In this document: one piece after another, positions 54,138 to 64,000 of the stretch
Layout: each line of letters starts with the position of its first letter
Position numbering within the stretch: position 1 is the first letter of the stretch
Source: Mesorhizobium sp.
GTDB taxonomy: Bacteria; Pseudomonadota; Alphaproteobacteria; Rhizobiales; Rhizobiaceae
Assembly: GCA_019635735.1 (NCBI GenBank)
Contig: JAHBYX010000004.1
Coordinates: forward strand, 156,020 to 220,019
Direction of reading: 5' to 3'
Length of the DNA stretch: 64,000 nt
Program-made: the position numbers and the translations under genes
The notes under the pieces: model-generated
The model's database searches: none
The model's input: only the letters and a program-made list of their open reading frames with translations
What the model was told of the DNA's origin: nothing

Positions 54138-54270
54138 ACCCACTGGATGCGCGCGCCGCGGGCCGGTTGTCAATTTGGCCGGGCAATGTCGGCGGCATGC
54201 GACGGCCCGGGGTTGACGAGACGTCAACCTGAGCAAAATGTTGTCTGGTACATCTACGCACTTGAATTTT

Positions 54271-54287
54271 ATTGTGCGCTGCACAAT
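54271..54287. promoter_or_regulatory. palindrome ATTGTGC-GCT-GCACAAT upstream of the GNAT gene
   Basis: Read directly from the sequence. It lies 55 nt upstream of ATG 54342 and shares TTGTGC-NN-TGCA with two boxes upstream of the phasin gene. Confidence 0.3.
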
Positions 54288-54341
54288 ATCAGCGCGGACA
54301 ACAGGTCGACGACTCGCGGGAGGACCACGAGGATCGCGAAT

Positions 54342-54890
54342 ATGAGACAGAGCAAGCATTCAGGGCCGAAGCCCGCGGGACAGATCCGCCAGCTCAGGCC
54401 ATCCGATCTTGCGAATTTTCGCGAGCACCTGCTGCGACTTGATCCCGAAAGCCGGCGCGACCGCTTCAACGGCATGACGGACGACGTGTTCGTCGCGTCC
54501 TATGCCGCGCGCTGCTTTTCGCAGGGCGCGACCGTGATCGGCTATGTCGAGAACGGCGAAGTGCATGGTGCGGCCGAACTGCACGAGCGCCCCGACCTCG
54601 ACCCGCCGACCGGCGAGATCGCCTTTTCCGTCGAACGCCATCTTCAGCACAAGGGCATCGGCAGCCAGCTGTTCAAGCGGCTTATCGGCCATGCGCTGGC
54701 GCTGGGCTATGAGAGCCTGCGCGTCACGACGCACCCGAACAACATGGCGATGAAGTCGCTGGCCAAGAAATTCGATGCGCATCTGCACTTCGAAGACGGC
54801 GAGACGGTCGGCTCGATCGACCTGTCGGGCATGCACATGTCGTTCACGACGCACCTGCCGACCGGCAGCATCATCCGCGCAGTCGTTTAA
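54342..54890 (+). CDS. GNAT family N-acetyltransferase
   Basis: QHKGIGSQLFKRLIGHALALGYESLRV is an acetyl-CoA binding motif. Only the 3' end of track ORF 52692..54890 is real. Confidence 0.75.
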   Translation: MRQSKHSGPKPAGQIRQLRPSDLANFREHLLRLDPESRRDRFNGMTDDVFVASYAARCFSQGATVIGYVENGEVHGAAELHERPDLDPPTGEIAFSVERHLQHKGIGSQLFKRLIGHALALGYESLRVTTHPNNMAMKSLAKKFDAHLHFEDGETVGSIDLSGMHMSFTTHLPTGSIIRAVV

Positions 54891-54959
54891 GCTTCCGGAA
54901 GCCGAATAGCCAGCCGAAACAGCGGGTTGCATGGCCCGCCGGAAATTTTTCGCGCGCCT

Positions 54960-54990
54960 CTTGAAAGGCGAAAACGGCAAAACCAAATCA
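54960..54990 (+). promoter_or_regulatory. candidate RpoH (sigma-32)-type promoter CTTGAAA-N16-CCAAATCA upstream of groES
   Basis: Pattern read from the sequence about 100 nt upstream of the groES ATG. No CIRCE inverted repeat is present in 54891-55093. Confidence 0.35.
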
Positions 54991-55093
54991 TCGTCCGCGC
55001 GGTGCCCCCCGGGGCCGCGCTGCCCCGCGTCCGCCGCAACGCAGGCGGCCGCGGAGGAATTTCAACACCTGTTTGTCCTTGAAGGAGAACGAC

Positions 55094-55408
55094 ATGAAGT
55101 TCCGACCCCTCCATGACCGCATCGTGGTGCGCCGCATCGAAGCCGAGGAGAAGACGGCGGGCGGTATCATCATCCCCGACACCGCCAAGGAGAAGCCGAG
55201 CGAAGGCGAGGTCATCGCGGTCGGCCCCGGCGCCCGCGACGAGAGCGGCAAGCTCATCGAACTCGACGTCAAGGTCGGCGACCGCATCCTGTTCGGCAAA
55301 TGGTCCGGCACCGAGATCAAGCTCGGCGGCGAGGACCTGCTCATCATGAAGGAGAGCGACGTGATGGGCGTGATCGAGCAGGCCGCGGAACTGAAGAAGG
55401 CCGCCTGA
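55094..55408 (+). CDS. groES: co-chaperonin GroES
   Basis: [35 protein letters not shown]... Confidence 0.95.
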   Translation: MKFRPLHDRIVVRRIEAEEKTAGGIIIPDTAKEKPSEGEVIAVGPGARDESGKLIELDVKVGDRILFGKWSGTEIKLGGEDLLIMKESDVMGVIEQAAELKKAA

Positions 55409-57091
<1,683 letters not shown>

Positions 57092-57114
57092 TCAGCCGAG
57101 CCTGACATGAAAAA

Positions 57115-57148
57115 GCCCCGCCGGATCGCTCCGGCGGGGCTTCTTGTT
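57115..57148. terminator. bidirectional rho-independent terminator shared by groEL and the convergent phasin gene
   Basis: gccccgccgg-atcgct-ccggcggggc is a 10-bp GC stem flanked by aaaaa on the left and ttcttgtt on the right. Confidence 0.7.
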
Positions 57149-57180
57149 ACGCGAAACGCTTGTGACGCGGGACGCTACGC

Positions 57181-57660
57181 CTACGCGGCCTTCTTCGCGT
57201 AGAGGGCCGAAATCTCCGACTGGATGGTCTTGGCGCCGTCGACGACGGTTACGCGGGCGGCCTCGGCGGCATCCTTGGCGCGCTCGAAGTTCGAGCGGGC
57301 GCTCTCGCGCACATAGTCGGCCTGGATCTGCAGGGCCTCGTTGAGCGACCTGGCGCCGGCGACTTTCTCGACCGTGGTCAGCGCATGCTGGACATTGGCA
57401 AGCGAGGCATTGGCGAGGCTGCGGGCGAAATCGGCATAGCCGCTGACGAAGGCGGTCGCGAGATTCTCGACCTTGGCCGTCGCGGCGGCGAGATCCTCGT
57501 GCACACTCTCGGCGCGCTCCTGCGCGGCGCTGGCGGTGCGCTTGACGAAATCGCGCGCGGCGGCGGGAACTTCCATCTTCGACTGCACGGTCTCGAAAGC
57601 CTCGGCAAGCGAGGCCATCGGATCCTGGGCGGCGGAAGCGGTCTTGGTGGTCTTGGCCAT
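57181..57660 (-). CDS. phasin family protein
   Basis: MAKTTKTASAAQDPMASLAEAFETVQSKMEVPAAARDFVKRTA... is an Ala-rich helical phasin_2-like sequence. GGAGA lies upstream of ATG 57660. Confidence 0.75.
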   Translation of the reverse strand: MAKTTKTASAAQDPMASLAEAFETVQSKMEVPAAARDFVKRTASAAQERAESVHEDLAAATAKVENLATAFVSGYADFARSLANASLANVQHALTTVEKVAGARSLNEALQIQADYVRESARSNFERAKDAAEAARVTVVDGAKTIQSEISALYAKKAA

Positions 57661-57731
57661 AATGGTCTCCATCCTCATTCGGGAGCAACGGTTCGCCCCG
57701 TTCGTGATCGACCCGGGGTGGAAGACATCTA

Positions 57732-57769
57732 GGAAGAGTTGTTGTGCAATGCAATATCAAGAATGGTGC
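57732..57769. promoter_or_regulatory. two TGC-rich boxes (TTGTGCAATGCAAT and GTGCAGTGCACAAT) upstream of the phasin gene
   Basis: Read directly from the sequence. The boxes lie in the divergent promoter between the phasin (57660) and the DUF445 gene (57869). Confidence 0.3.
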
Positions 57770-57868
57770 AGTGCACAATAATTTCGGATCGAGCCGGGGA
57801 TCCGCGACTGGGGTGGCGGACGCGGCCGGGAGCGCCTAAATCTCGGGTCACCAGCCGGACCGCTTTAC

Positions 57869-59155
57869 ATGCAGGACTTCGCCCCAATCCAGACGACCGC
57901 CGCGGCCGACGCGGCCAAGCTCGCGGCGCTGCGGCGGATCAAGGCGCTGGCGACGTCGATGCTGGTTCTGTGTCTCGCCGTATTCCTAGCCGCGCGCAGC
58001 TTCGAGGCGGACGTGCCGGTGCTGGCCTATGTCGCGGCGTTCGCCGAGGCGGCGATGATCGGCGGGCTGGCGGACTGGTATGCGGTGGTCGCCCTGTTCA
58101 AACGGCCCCTCGGCCTGCCGATCCCGCATACGGCGATCATCCCGTCGAACCAGGAGCGGATCGCCGACAATCTCGGCTATTTCATCGAGGCGAATTTCCT
58201 GGCGCCCGAGCCGGTGAGGCGCAAGCTGCGCGAGGTGGACTTCGCCGCACTGGTCGCCGACTGGCTGGCCGAACCGCGGCGCGCCGAGGCGCTGTCGCGC
58301 TTCGTCGCGCGGCTGGTGCCGCAGACGGTCTCGGCGATCGAAGGCTCGGGGCTGAAGGACTTCATCACCAAGCGGGTGGTCGAGCAGGTGGAGAAGGTGC
58401 AGCTCGCGCCGCTCGCCGCAGAACTTCTCACCGCCGTTACCCACGACCGGCGCCACCAGAAGCTGTTCGACGAGATCATCAAGGTGCTGGGGGGCTTCCT
58501 GAGCGACCAGGACGCGCAGGATGCGCTGCGCGACAAGATCCGCGACGAGCTGCCCTCGGTGGCGAGGCTGTTCAAGGCCGATGCCTATCTGCTGAAGAAG
58601 ATCGTGGCTTCGGCCGGGTCGCTGCTCGAGGAGGTGAAGGCCGATCCGGACCATCCGATGCGCGCCGAGTTCGACCGTTTCGTCATGGGCTTCGTCGAGA
58701 CGCTGAAGACATCGAAGACCTACGGCAAGCAGGTGGAGAAGCTGAAGCGCGATTTCCTGGCACGGCCGGAAGTGCGCGAACTGGCGCGGGACATGTGGAC
58801 GAGTTTCAGGACCTATGTCGAGCAGGATGCGGGGTCGGACGATTCGGTGATCCGCAAGCACCTGGCCTCGGCGTTCGTCGACGTCGGACGCCAGCTCGCG
58901 GCCGATCCGGCGATCCGCGCCGACATGAATGCCGGCTTCGTCGTGGCGCTCGGCTCCTTCGTGGAAAACCAGAAGAGCGGCGTGTCGCGCTTCATCGCCG
59001 ACCAGGTCAAGGGCTGGGACCTCGGCCAGCTCACCCATCTCATCGAGATCAATGTCGGCCGCGACCTGCAGTTCATCCGCTTCAACGGCATGCTGGTGGG
59101 CGGCCTGGCGGGGCTGGCGCTGCATATCGGCGAGGTCCTGATCTTCGGCAATTGA
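57869..59155 (+). CDS. DUF445 domain membrane protein
   Basis: FAEAAMIGGLADWYAVVALFKRPLGLPIPHTAIIP and the C-terminal IEINVGRDLQFIRFNGMLVGG are typical of DUF445/YjiN-like proteins. Confidence 0.7.
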   Translation: MQDFAPIQTTAAADAAKLAALRRIKALATSMLVLCLAVFLAARSFEADVPVLAYVAAFAEAAMIGGLADWYAVVALFKRPLGLPIPHTAIIPSNQERIADNLGYFIEANFLAPEPVRRKLREVDFAALVADWLAEPRRAEALSRFVARLVPQTVSAIEGSGLKDFITKRVVEQVEKVQLAPLAAELLTAVTHDRRHQKLFDEIIKVLGGFLSDQDAQDALRDKIRDELPSVARLFKADAYLLKKIVASAGSLLEEVKADPDHPMRAEFDRFVMGFVETLKTSKTYGKQVEKLKRDFLARPEVRELARDMWTSFRTYVEQDAGSDDSVIRKHLASAFVDVGRQLAADPAIRADMNAGFVVALGSFVENQKSGVSRFIADQVKGWDLGQLTHLIEINVGRDLQFIRFNGMLVGGLAGLALHIGEVLIFGN

Positions 59156-59225
59156 CCTTGTCCGGCCTTGGCCTAATCTGACCATAGGCGGCGCAGCCCA
59201 TGACGCCGCGAACCGGGAGCGCAAG

Positions 59226-59657
59226 ATGGCGAAGAAGACGGAAAACGAGTCGTTCGTCGACATGTTCAAGAGCTTCGGCGAGCAGCTGAAGATGCCGAGC
59301 GTCGATGTCGAGAAGATCATCGAACACCACCGCAAGAACCTCGAGACGCTGGAAAAGACGGCCAAGGCCGCGACCGAGGGCGCCTCGAACCTGATGGCGA
59401 AGCAGCGCGAGATCCTGCAGGAGACGCTGCGCGAGGTCACCGACATGGCGCAGAACTTCCGCGCCACCGGCGGCCCGCAGGAGCTGATGAGCAAGCAGGC
59501 GGACTTCGCCAAGAAGTCGTTCGAGACCGCGGTCAAGAACGCCAGCGAGATGGCGGACGTCGTGCGCAAATCCTCCACCGAAACGATCGAGATCCTGCGC
59601 GACCGCATCAAGGAGGCGATGGAGGAGATCCGCGAGGGGATGGAGCGGAAGAAGTAG
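59226..59657 (+). CDS. phasin family protein
   Basis: FVDMFKSFGEQLKMPSVDVEKIIEHHRKNLETLEKTAKAATEGASNLMAKQREILQETL is a TIGR01841-like phasin pattern. Confidence 0.75.
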   Translation: MAKKTENESFVDMFKSFGEQLKMPSVDVEKIIEHHRKNLETLEKTAKAATEGASNLMAKQREILQETLREVTDMAQNFRATGGPQELMSKQADFAKKSFETAVKNASEMADVVRKSSTETIEILRDRIKEAMEEIREGMERKK

Positions 59658-59684
59658 TCGTCGCTCCGTGCGGAGACGACAGCC

Positions 59685-60938
59685 ATGACCATACCGCCCC
59701 CGTCTCCCGGCCGCCTGCGGCAGATGCAGATCTACGTGCCGGGCGTCGGCGGGGCAAAGCCGCGCGTGCCGGTGGCGCCGGACGCGCTGGAGGCGAAGGC
59801 GGCCGCGGCGATGAGCCCGGACGCGGCCGCCTACATCATCGGGGGGGCCGGGATGGAGGCGACGGTGCGGGCCAACCGCACCGCCTTCGACCGGCACCGC
59901 TTCGTGCCGCGCGTCTTGAACGACGTCTCGGCGCGGGATCTGTCGGTCGAGCTGTTCGGACGCAGGCACGCCGCACCCGTGCTGCTCGCGCCCATCGGCG
60001 TGCTGGAGATGGTGCATTCGGAGGCCGATCTCGCGGTGGCGCGGGCGGCGGCGGCCGAAGGGATCGGCTACGTCTTCTCCAACCAGGCGTCGGTGGCGAT
60101 GGAAAAGACCGCGGCCGCGATGGGGACGGCGCCCCGCTGGTTCCAGCTCTACTGGTCGAGCGACGACGCTTTCGTGCGCTCGCTGGTGTCGCGCGCCGAA
60201 GCCTGCGGCTGCGAGGCGATCGTGGTGACGCTCGACACGACGCTGCTCGGCTGGCGTCCGCGCGATCTCGACAGGGCATCGCTGCCGTTCCTGAAAGGGC
60301 AGGGGCTGGCGCAATACCTCTCCGACCCGGTGTTCCGCGCCGCGATCCCGGCAAAGCCGCCGGAGACGGGCGTGAAGCCGAAGGGGCTGGGCGTGATCGA
60401 GGCGCTGCTGAGCCTGCGCCGCAAGGGCAAGGAGTTCGGGCTCCCAATCGGCCAGGTGCGCGCCGCGGTTGGGCACTTCGTCGCCACCTATTCGCGGCCG
60501 GACCTGACCTGGGCCGACATCGGCAGGCTCAGGCGGATGACGAAGCTGCCGATCCTGCTCAAGGGCGTCAGGCATGCCGACGATGCGCGGCTGGCGCGGG
60601 AGCACGGCGTCGATGGGATCGTCGTGTCGAACCATGGTGGGCGCCAGGTGGACGGCGAGATCGCGACGCTCGATGCCTTGCCCGGCGTAGTCGCGGCGGC
60701 GGGCGGCATGCCGGTGCTGCTGGATTCCGGCATCCGCTCCGGCGCGGACGTGGCGAAGGCACTGGCGCTGGGCGCCCGCGCGGTGCTGCTCGGCCGGCCC
60801 TATGTCTACGGCCTGGCGCTGGCCGGGGAGGCTGGCGTCGGCGAAGTGATCCGCAATGTCGTCGCCGAGCTGGATCTGACGCTGGCGCTGATCGGCAGGA
60901 CGCGAGCGGAGGAGCTTGCCGGCGATGTCTTCGGATAG
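59685..60938 (+). CDS. FMN-dependent alpha-hydroxy acid oxidising enzyme (lactate 2-monooxygenase-like)
   Basis: [19 protein letters not shown] and [18 protein letters not shown] motifs, with a long insertion loop. Confidence 0.8.
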   Translation: MTIPPPSPGRLRQMQIYVPGVGGAKPRVPVAPDALEAKAAAAMSPDAAAYIIGGAGMEATVRANRTAFDRHRFVPRVLNDVSARDLSVELFGRRHAAPVLLAPIGVLEMVHSEADLAVARAAAAEGIGYVFSNQASVAMEKTAAAMGTAPRWFQLYWSSDDAFVRSLVSRAEACGCEAIVVTLDTTLLGWRPRDLDRASLPFLKGQGLAQYLSDPVFRAAIPAKPPETGVKPKGLGVIEALLSLRRKGKEFGLPIGQVRAAVGHFVATYSRPDLTWADIGRLRRMTKLPILLKGVRHADDARLAREHGVDGIVVSNHGGRQVDGEIATLDALPGVVAAAGGMPVLLDSGIRSGADVAKALALGARAVLLGRPYVYGLALAGEAGVGEVIRNVVAELDLTLALIGRTRAEELAGDVFG

Positions 60939-61248
60939 CGGCGGGACTGAGATCGACCTCGGCATCTGCACTCTTCGGTTCGCCGTGGCCATGGATGACT
61001 TTGCCAGATGGGAACTCGAGCAGAAGGAATGGTGCTCCGTCGAAATAGAGATCGGTGGAGACAGGCGTCAAATCGAGGTCATATCGATTGTCCGGCTCGA
61101 ACAGGAGGTGCGGGACGCTTGGCGTAGTGGGCAGCTTGCTACGATCGATCGCACCACTCTTGTGCTCGAAAGAGTGGACTTCGAAAAAGTGGTCGCCGCG
61201 GTGAGGCGATATGTCGAGGAGACCGGCACGTTGCCCGGACAGGGCTGA
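60925..61248 (+). CDS. hypothetical protein (orphan, lower G+C)
   Basis: 107-aa ORF starting [19 protein letters not shown]... Overlaps the upstream gene by 14 nt. About 58% G+C by hand count over 60961-61240. Confidence 0.4.
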   Translation: MSSDSGGTEIDLGICTLRFAVAMDDFARWELEQKEWCSVEIEIGGDRRQIEVISIVRLEQEVRDAWRSGQLATIDRTTLVLERVDFEKVVAAVRRYVEETGTLPGQG

Positions 61249-61343
61249 CGCCAGCTAGCTCATGCGTGCCTTCAGGCTTTTCCCATGAGTATTCCTGGTC
61301 TACGCAGCAGCCCTCCCGTGCTCAGAGAATCAAGGAATACCAG

Positions 61344-61808
61344 ATGGCGACGCTGACGTTCGACGGTATGAAGACAATGGTCGGGCAGGAGCTCGGCGTG
61401 TCGTCGTGGGTCACCGTCGACCAGAAGATGATCGACGCGTTTGCCGAGACCACGAACGATCATCAGTGGATCCACGTCGACGTCGAACGGGCGCGGCGCG
61501 AGAGCCCGGCGAAGTCGACGATCGCGCATGGCTACCTGACGCTGTCGCTGGTCGCGTCGATGTCCTACGAGATCGGCGCGCTGCCGGAGGGAACCGCCGC
61601 CGCCTTCAACTACGGCCTCGACAAGGTGCGCTTCATCACGCCGGTCAAGGCCGGCGCACGGGTGCGGATGCGCACGACCATGATGTCCTTCGAGGAGAAA
61701 GCTCCCGGCCAGTTCCTGATGAAGGCCTCGAACACGGTCGAGATCGAGGGCGAGCAGAAGCCGGCCTTGATCGCCGAGACGCTGGTCATGCTCGTCAGGG
61801 GTCCTTGA
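61344..61808 (+). CDS. MaoC family dehydratase (hot-dog fold)
   Basis: DQKMIDAFAETTNDHQWIHVDVERA ... TIAHGYLTLSL. Confidence 0.8.
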   Translation: MATLTFDGMKTMVGQELGVSSWVTVDQKMIDAFAETTNDHQWIHVDVERARRESPAKSTIAHGYLTLSLVASMSYEIGALPEGTAAAFNYGLDKVRFITPVKAGARVRMRTTMMSFEEKAPGQFLMKASNTVEIEGEQKPALIAETLVMLVRGP

Positions 61809-61953
61809 TCGTCCGGGCCGATCGGGCGGCGCGCAGGTGCAGCCTGCTGACGGGACCGGCTTCTGGCGAGGATCTTTCTGCGCGGTCGCGCCGTTTTGCG
61901 TCGAAGCGGCAAAGATGCTATGGGCCGCGCCCTGACGAGAGGCTTTCACCCCG

Positions 61954-62955
61954 TTGACCACCCCGCTTCCCTATTCGCACCGTTTCTCGGTTGCGCCTAT
62001 GATGGACTGGACGGACCGGCATTGCCGGTTCCTCCATCGCCAGTTGACGCGGCATGCGCTGCTCTACACCGAGATGGTGGTGGCCGACGCGGTGATCCAC
62101 GGCGACCGGCAGCGGCTGCTTGGGTTCGACGCGGTCGAGCATCCGGTCGCGCTGCAGCTCGGCGGGTCGGATCCGGAGAAGCTCGCCGCCGCGGCGCGGA
62201 TCGGGGCGGCGTTCGGCTATGACGAGATCAACCTCAATTGCGGCTGCCCCTCCGATCGCGTCCAGTCCGGCACGTTCGGCGCCTGCCTGATGCGGACGCC
62301 AGGTCTCGTGGCCGACTGCGTGGCGGCGATGAAGCGGGCGGTCGATGTGCCGGTGACGGTGAAAAGCCGGATCGGCGTTGACGATCAGGATACCGAAATC
62401 GCGCTCGACGCGCTGGCGGACGCGGTGTTCGAGGCGGGCGCCGACGCGCTGTGGGTGCATGCGCGCAAGGCCTGGCTCGAAGGGCTGAGCCCGAAGGAGA
62501 ACCGAGACATCCCGCCGCTCGACTATGAGCGGGTCTATCGGCTGAAGGCACGATCTCCGAATCGATTCATCGGCATAAACGGCGGAATTCACTCGCTGGA
62601 CGAGGCGGAGGCGCATCTGGCGCATGTCGACGGCTCAATGCTCGGGCGCGCCGCCTATCACACGCCGGACATCCTGGCGGAGGTCGATGCGCGGTTCTAC
62701 GGCGAGCCTGCGCGCGCATTCGACCCGGAGGCGCTGGTCGAGGCGATGGCCGACTATGCCGGTCGGCACATCGAAGCGGGCGGCAAGCTCGGACAGGTGA
62801 CGCGACACATGGTCGGACTGTTTCACGGAAGGAAAGGCGCGCGGCGCTTCCGGCAGATTCTTTCCACGGAGGCGACCCGTCCAGGGGCGGGGCCGGAGGT
62901 GATCCGCCGTGCTTTCGCCAGCGTCGAGCCTGAAGCCGGCCGGCAGGCAGCCTGA
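61954..62955 (+). CDS. dusA: tRNA dihydrouridine(20/20a) synthase DusA
   Basis: HRFSVAPMMDWTDRHCRFLHRQLTRHALLYTEMV ... INLNCGCPS. TTG start as given in the track. Confidence 0.9.
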   Translation: MTTPLPYSHRFSVAPMMDWTDRHCRFLHRQLTRHALLYTEMVVADAVIHGDRQRLLGFDAVEHPVALQLGGSDPEKLAAAARIGAAFGYDEINLNCGCPSDRVQSGTFGACLMRTPGLVADCVAAMKRAVDVPVTVKSRIGVDDQDTEIALDALADAVFEAGADALWVHARKAWLEGLSPKENRDIPPLDYERVYRLKARSPNRFIGINGGIHSLDEAEAHLAHVDGSMLGRAAYHTPDILAEVDARFYGEPARAFDPEALVEAMADYAGRHIEAGGKLGQVTRHMVGLFHGRKGARRFRQILSTEATRPGAGPEVIRRAFASVEPEAGRQAA

Positions 62956-63052
62956 ACGACATCCGCCGGTATGGCTGCCATCCCTTTCCGGGCGTTTACT
63001 TGACCGCAAGGACCCTCTAGCCAGTCCGCTCCAGCATCGGCGGAGGGCTACT

Positions 63053-63868
63053 ATGCCCATAGAGGAAATTATCGCCTTCGTGACGGCCATCGCGGTGTCG
63101 GGCATTGTCTCCGGCCTGCTCGCCGGCGTCTTCGGTATCGGCGGGGGCGCGGTGCTCGTGCCCGTGTTCTACCAGATGCTCGGCATCCTCGGCGTCGACG
63201 AGAGCGTGCGGATGCATGTTTCGGTCGGCTCGTCGCTGGCGATCATCATCCCGACCTCGCTGCGCTCGTTCCAGGCGCACCACGCGCGAGGGGTCGTCGA
63301 CATAGACCTCTTGAAGAGCTTCCTGATCCCGGTGCCCGCCGGCGTCGTACTCGCGTCGCTGACCGCGGCCTATCTGTCGAGCGGCCAGCTGCGCGGGGTC
63401 TTCGCGGCGATCGCGCTTGCGGTCGGCCTGCGGCTTCTGTTCAACCGTGAGTCCTGGCGGCTCGGGCGCGAGATGCCAGGCAATCCGGCCCGCGCCAGCA
63501 TCGGGGTGCTGATCGGCTACCTGTCGACGCTGATGGGCATTGGCGGCGGGGTGATGAACAACACCTTCATGTCGCTCTACGGGCGGCCGATGCACCAAGC
63601 GGTCGCCACCTCGTCGGGCGTCGGCGTGCTGATCGCCATCCCGGGAACGGTCGGCTACATCCTCGCCGGCTGGGGCGATCCGCTGCTGCCGATCGGCTCG
63701 ACTGGCTATGTCAACTGGATCGCGTTCGCGGTCATCATCCCGATAGCCATGGTGGTCACGCCGATGGGCGTGCGGCTGGCGCACGCCCTGAAGAAGCGGC
63801 AGCTCGAAATCGGTTTCGGCCTGTTCTGCCTGTTCGTCTCGGCGCGCTTCGCGATCAGCCTGCTCTGA
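63053..63868 (+). CDS. TauE/SafE family sulfite exporter-like membrane protein
   Basis: LLAGVFGIGGGAVLVPV and LSTLMGIGGGVM are the duplicated motifs. Start at MPIEEI (63053). Confidence 0.8.
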   Translation: MPIEEIIAFVTAIAVSGIVSGLLAGVFGIGGGAVLVPVFYQMLGILGVDESVRMHVSVGSSLAIIIPTSLRSFQAHHARGVVDIDLLKSFLIPVPAGVVLASLTAAYLSSGQLRGVFAAIALAVGLRLLFNRESWRLGREMPGNPARASIGVLIGYLSTLMGIGGGVMNNTFMSLYGRPMHQAVATSSGVGVLIAIPGTVGYILAGWGDPLLPIGSTGYVNWIAFAVIIPIAMVVTPMGVRLAHALKKRQLEIGFGLFCLFVSARFAISLL

Positions 63869-63873
63869 CGGCC

Positions 63874-64000
63874 TCAGTCGATCAGCACCATGCGGTCGCC
63901 GCGCACGTCGTAGCCCGACAGCGAGGAGAGGAAGCTCATGCCGAGCAGGCTCGTGTCGAGCGAGCCCGGCTGGGCGACGAGCATGATCTGCCTTTTCCTG
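63874..64000 (-). CDS. retropepsin-like (clan AA, TIGR02281-type) aspartic protease, C-terminal fragment
   Basis: Hand translation of the minus strand gives ...RKRQIMLVAQPGSLDTSLLGMSFLSSLSGYDVRGDRMVLID*. The 5' part lies beyond the window end. Confidence 0.5.
   Translation of the reverse strand, partial: RKRQIMLVAQPGSLDTSLLGMSFLSSLSGYDVRGDRMVLID

Noticed and set aside
52692-54890. 732-aa plus-strand ORF
   Set aside because: It is antisense to the amidase for most of its length. Only the last 183 codons (GNAT, from ATG 54342) show real protein features.
61809-61953. The 5' end of dusA as a known hotspot for integrative elements
   Set aside because: There is no integrase, no att-like duplication of the dusA 5' end, and no mobile genes upstream. 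Only the small lower-GC orphan ORF at 60925-61248 is unusual.

Overview
GC-rich, densely coding chromosomal segment. The gene content (rirA, the acpXL-lpxXL very-long-chain fatty acid lipid A cluster, hmuPSTUV, putR/putA) points to a Rhizobiales (Hyphomicrobiales) alphaproteobacterium; that assignment is inference. I support about 65 protein genes. In order they are: the end of a Tad pilus locus (tadG-like, tadE-like); valine catabolism (acyl-CoA dehydrogenase, mmsB); a DddL-like cupin coupled to cobQ; small cupin, VOC, AraC and TerB genes; a peptide-type ABC importer beside an M20 peptidase and two minimal L,D-transpeptidases; a Tat-less three-subunit molybdoenzyme with SoeABC-like architecture; lpxXL-adh-fabF1XL-fabF2XL-acpXL; two phosphoesterases; an AEC transporter, Ldh_2 oxidoreductase, gabD, galM and kdgK; a FixH/YtkA-like protein paired with a dihaem cytochrome c peroxidase; vapBC; putR/putA; a complete haem uptake island (hmuR, orf, tonB, orf, ABM monooxygenase divergent from hmuPSTUV) next to rirA; amidase; GNAT; groESL; two phasins around a DUF445 gene; a lactate-monooxygenase-like gene; MaoC; dusA; and a TauE/SafE exporter. 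I found no rRNA, tRNA, CRISPR, integrase, transposase or phage genes. Non-coding structure is the least explained part. There are three unrelated palindromic repeat families, one of which is tandemly amplified three times (42431-43045) next to an orphan ORF and has related copies at 41551-41686 and 51932-52092. I also found candidate RirA IRO boxes at hmuR/hmuP and at rirA itself, a shared TGC-rich palindrome upstream of the GNAT and phasin genes, and a 40% GC island upstream of the tad genes. I see no unambiguous new multi-gene system. The best leads are the tandem structured repeats with the orphan ORF, the two uncharacterised ORFs built into the hmuR-tonB operon, and the FixH-like/MauG-like pair.
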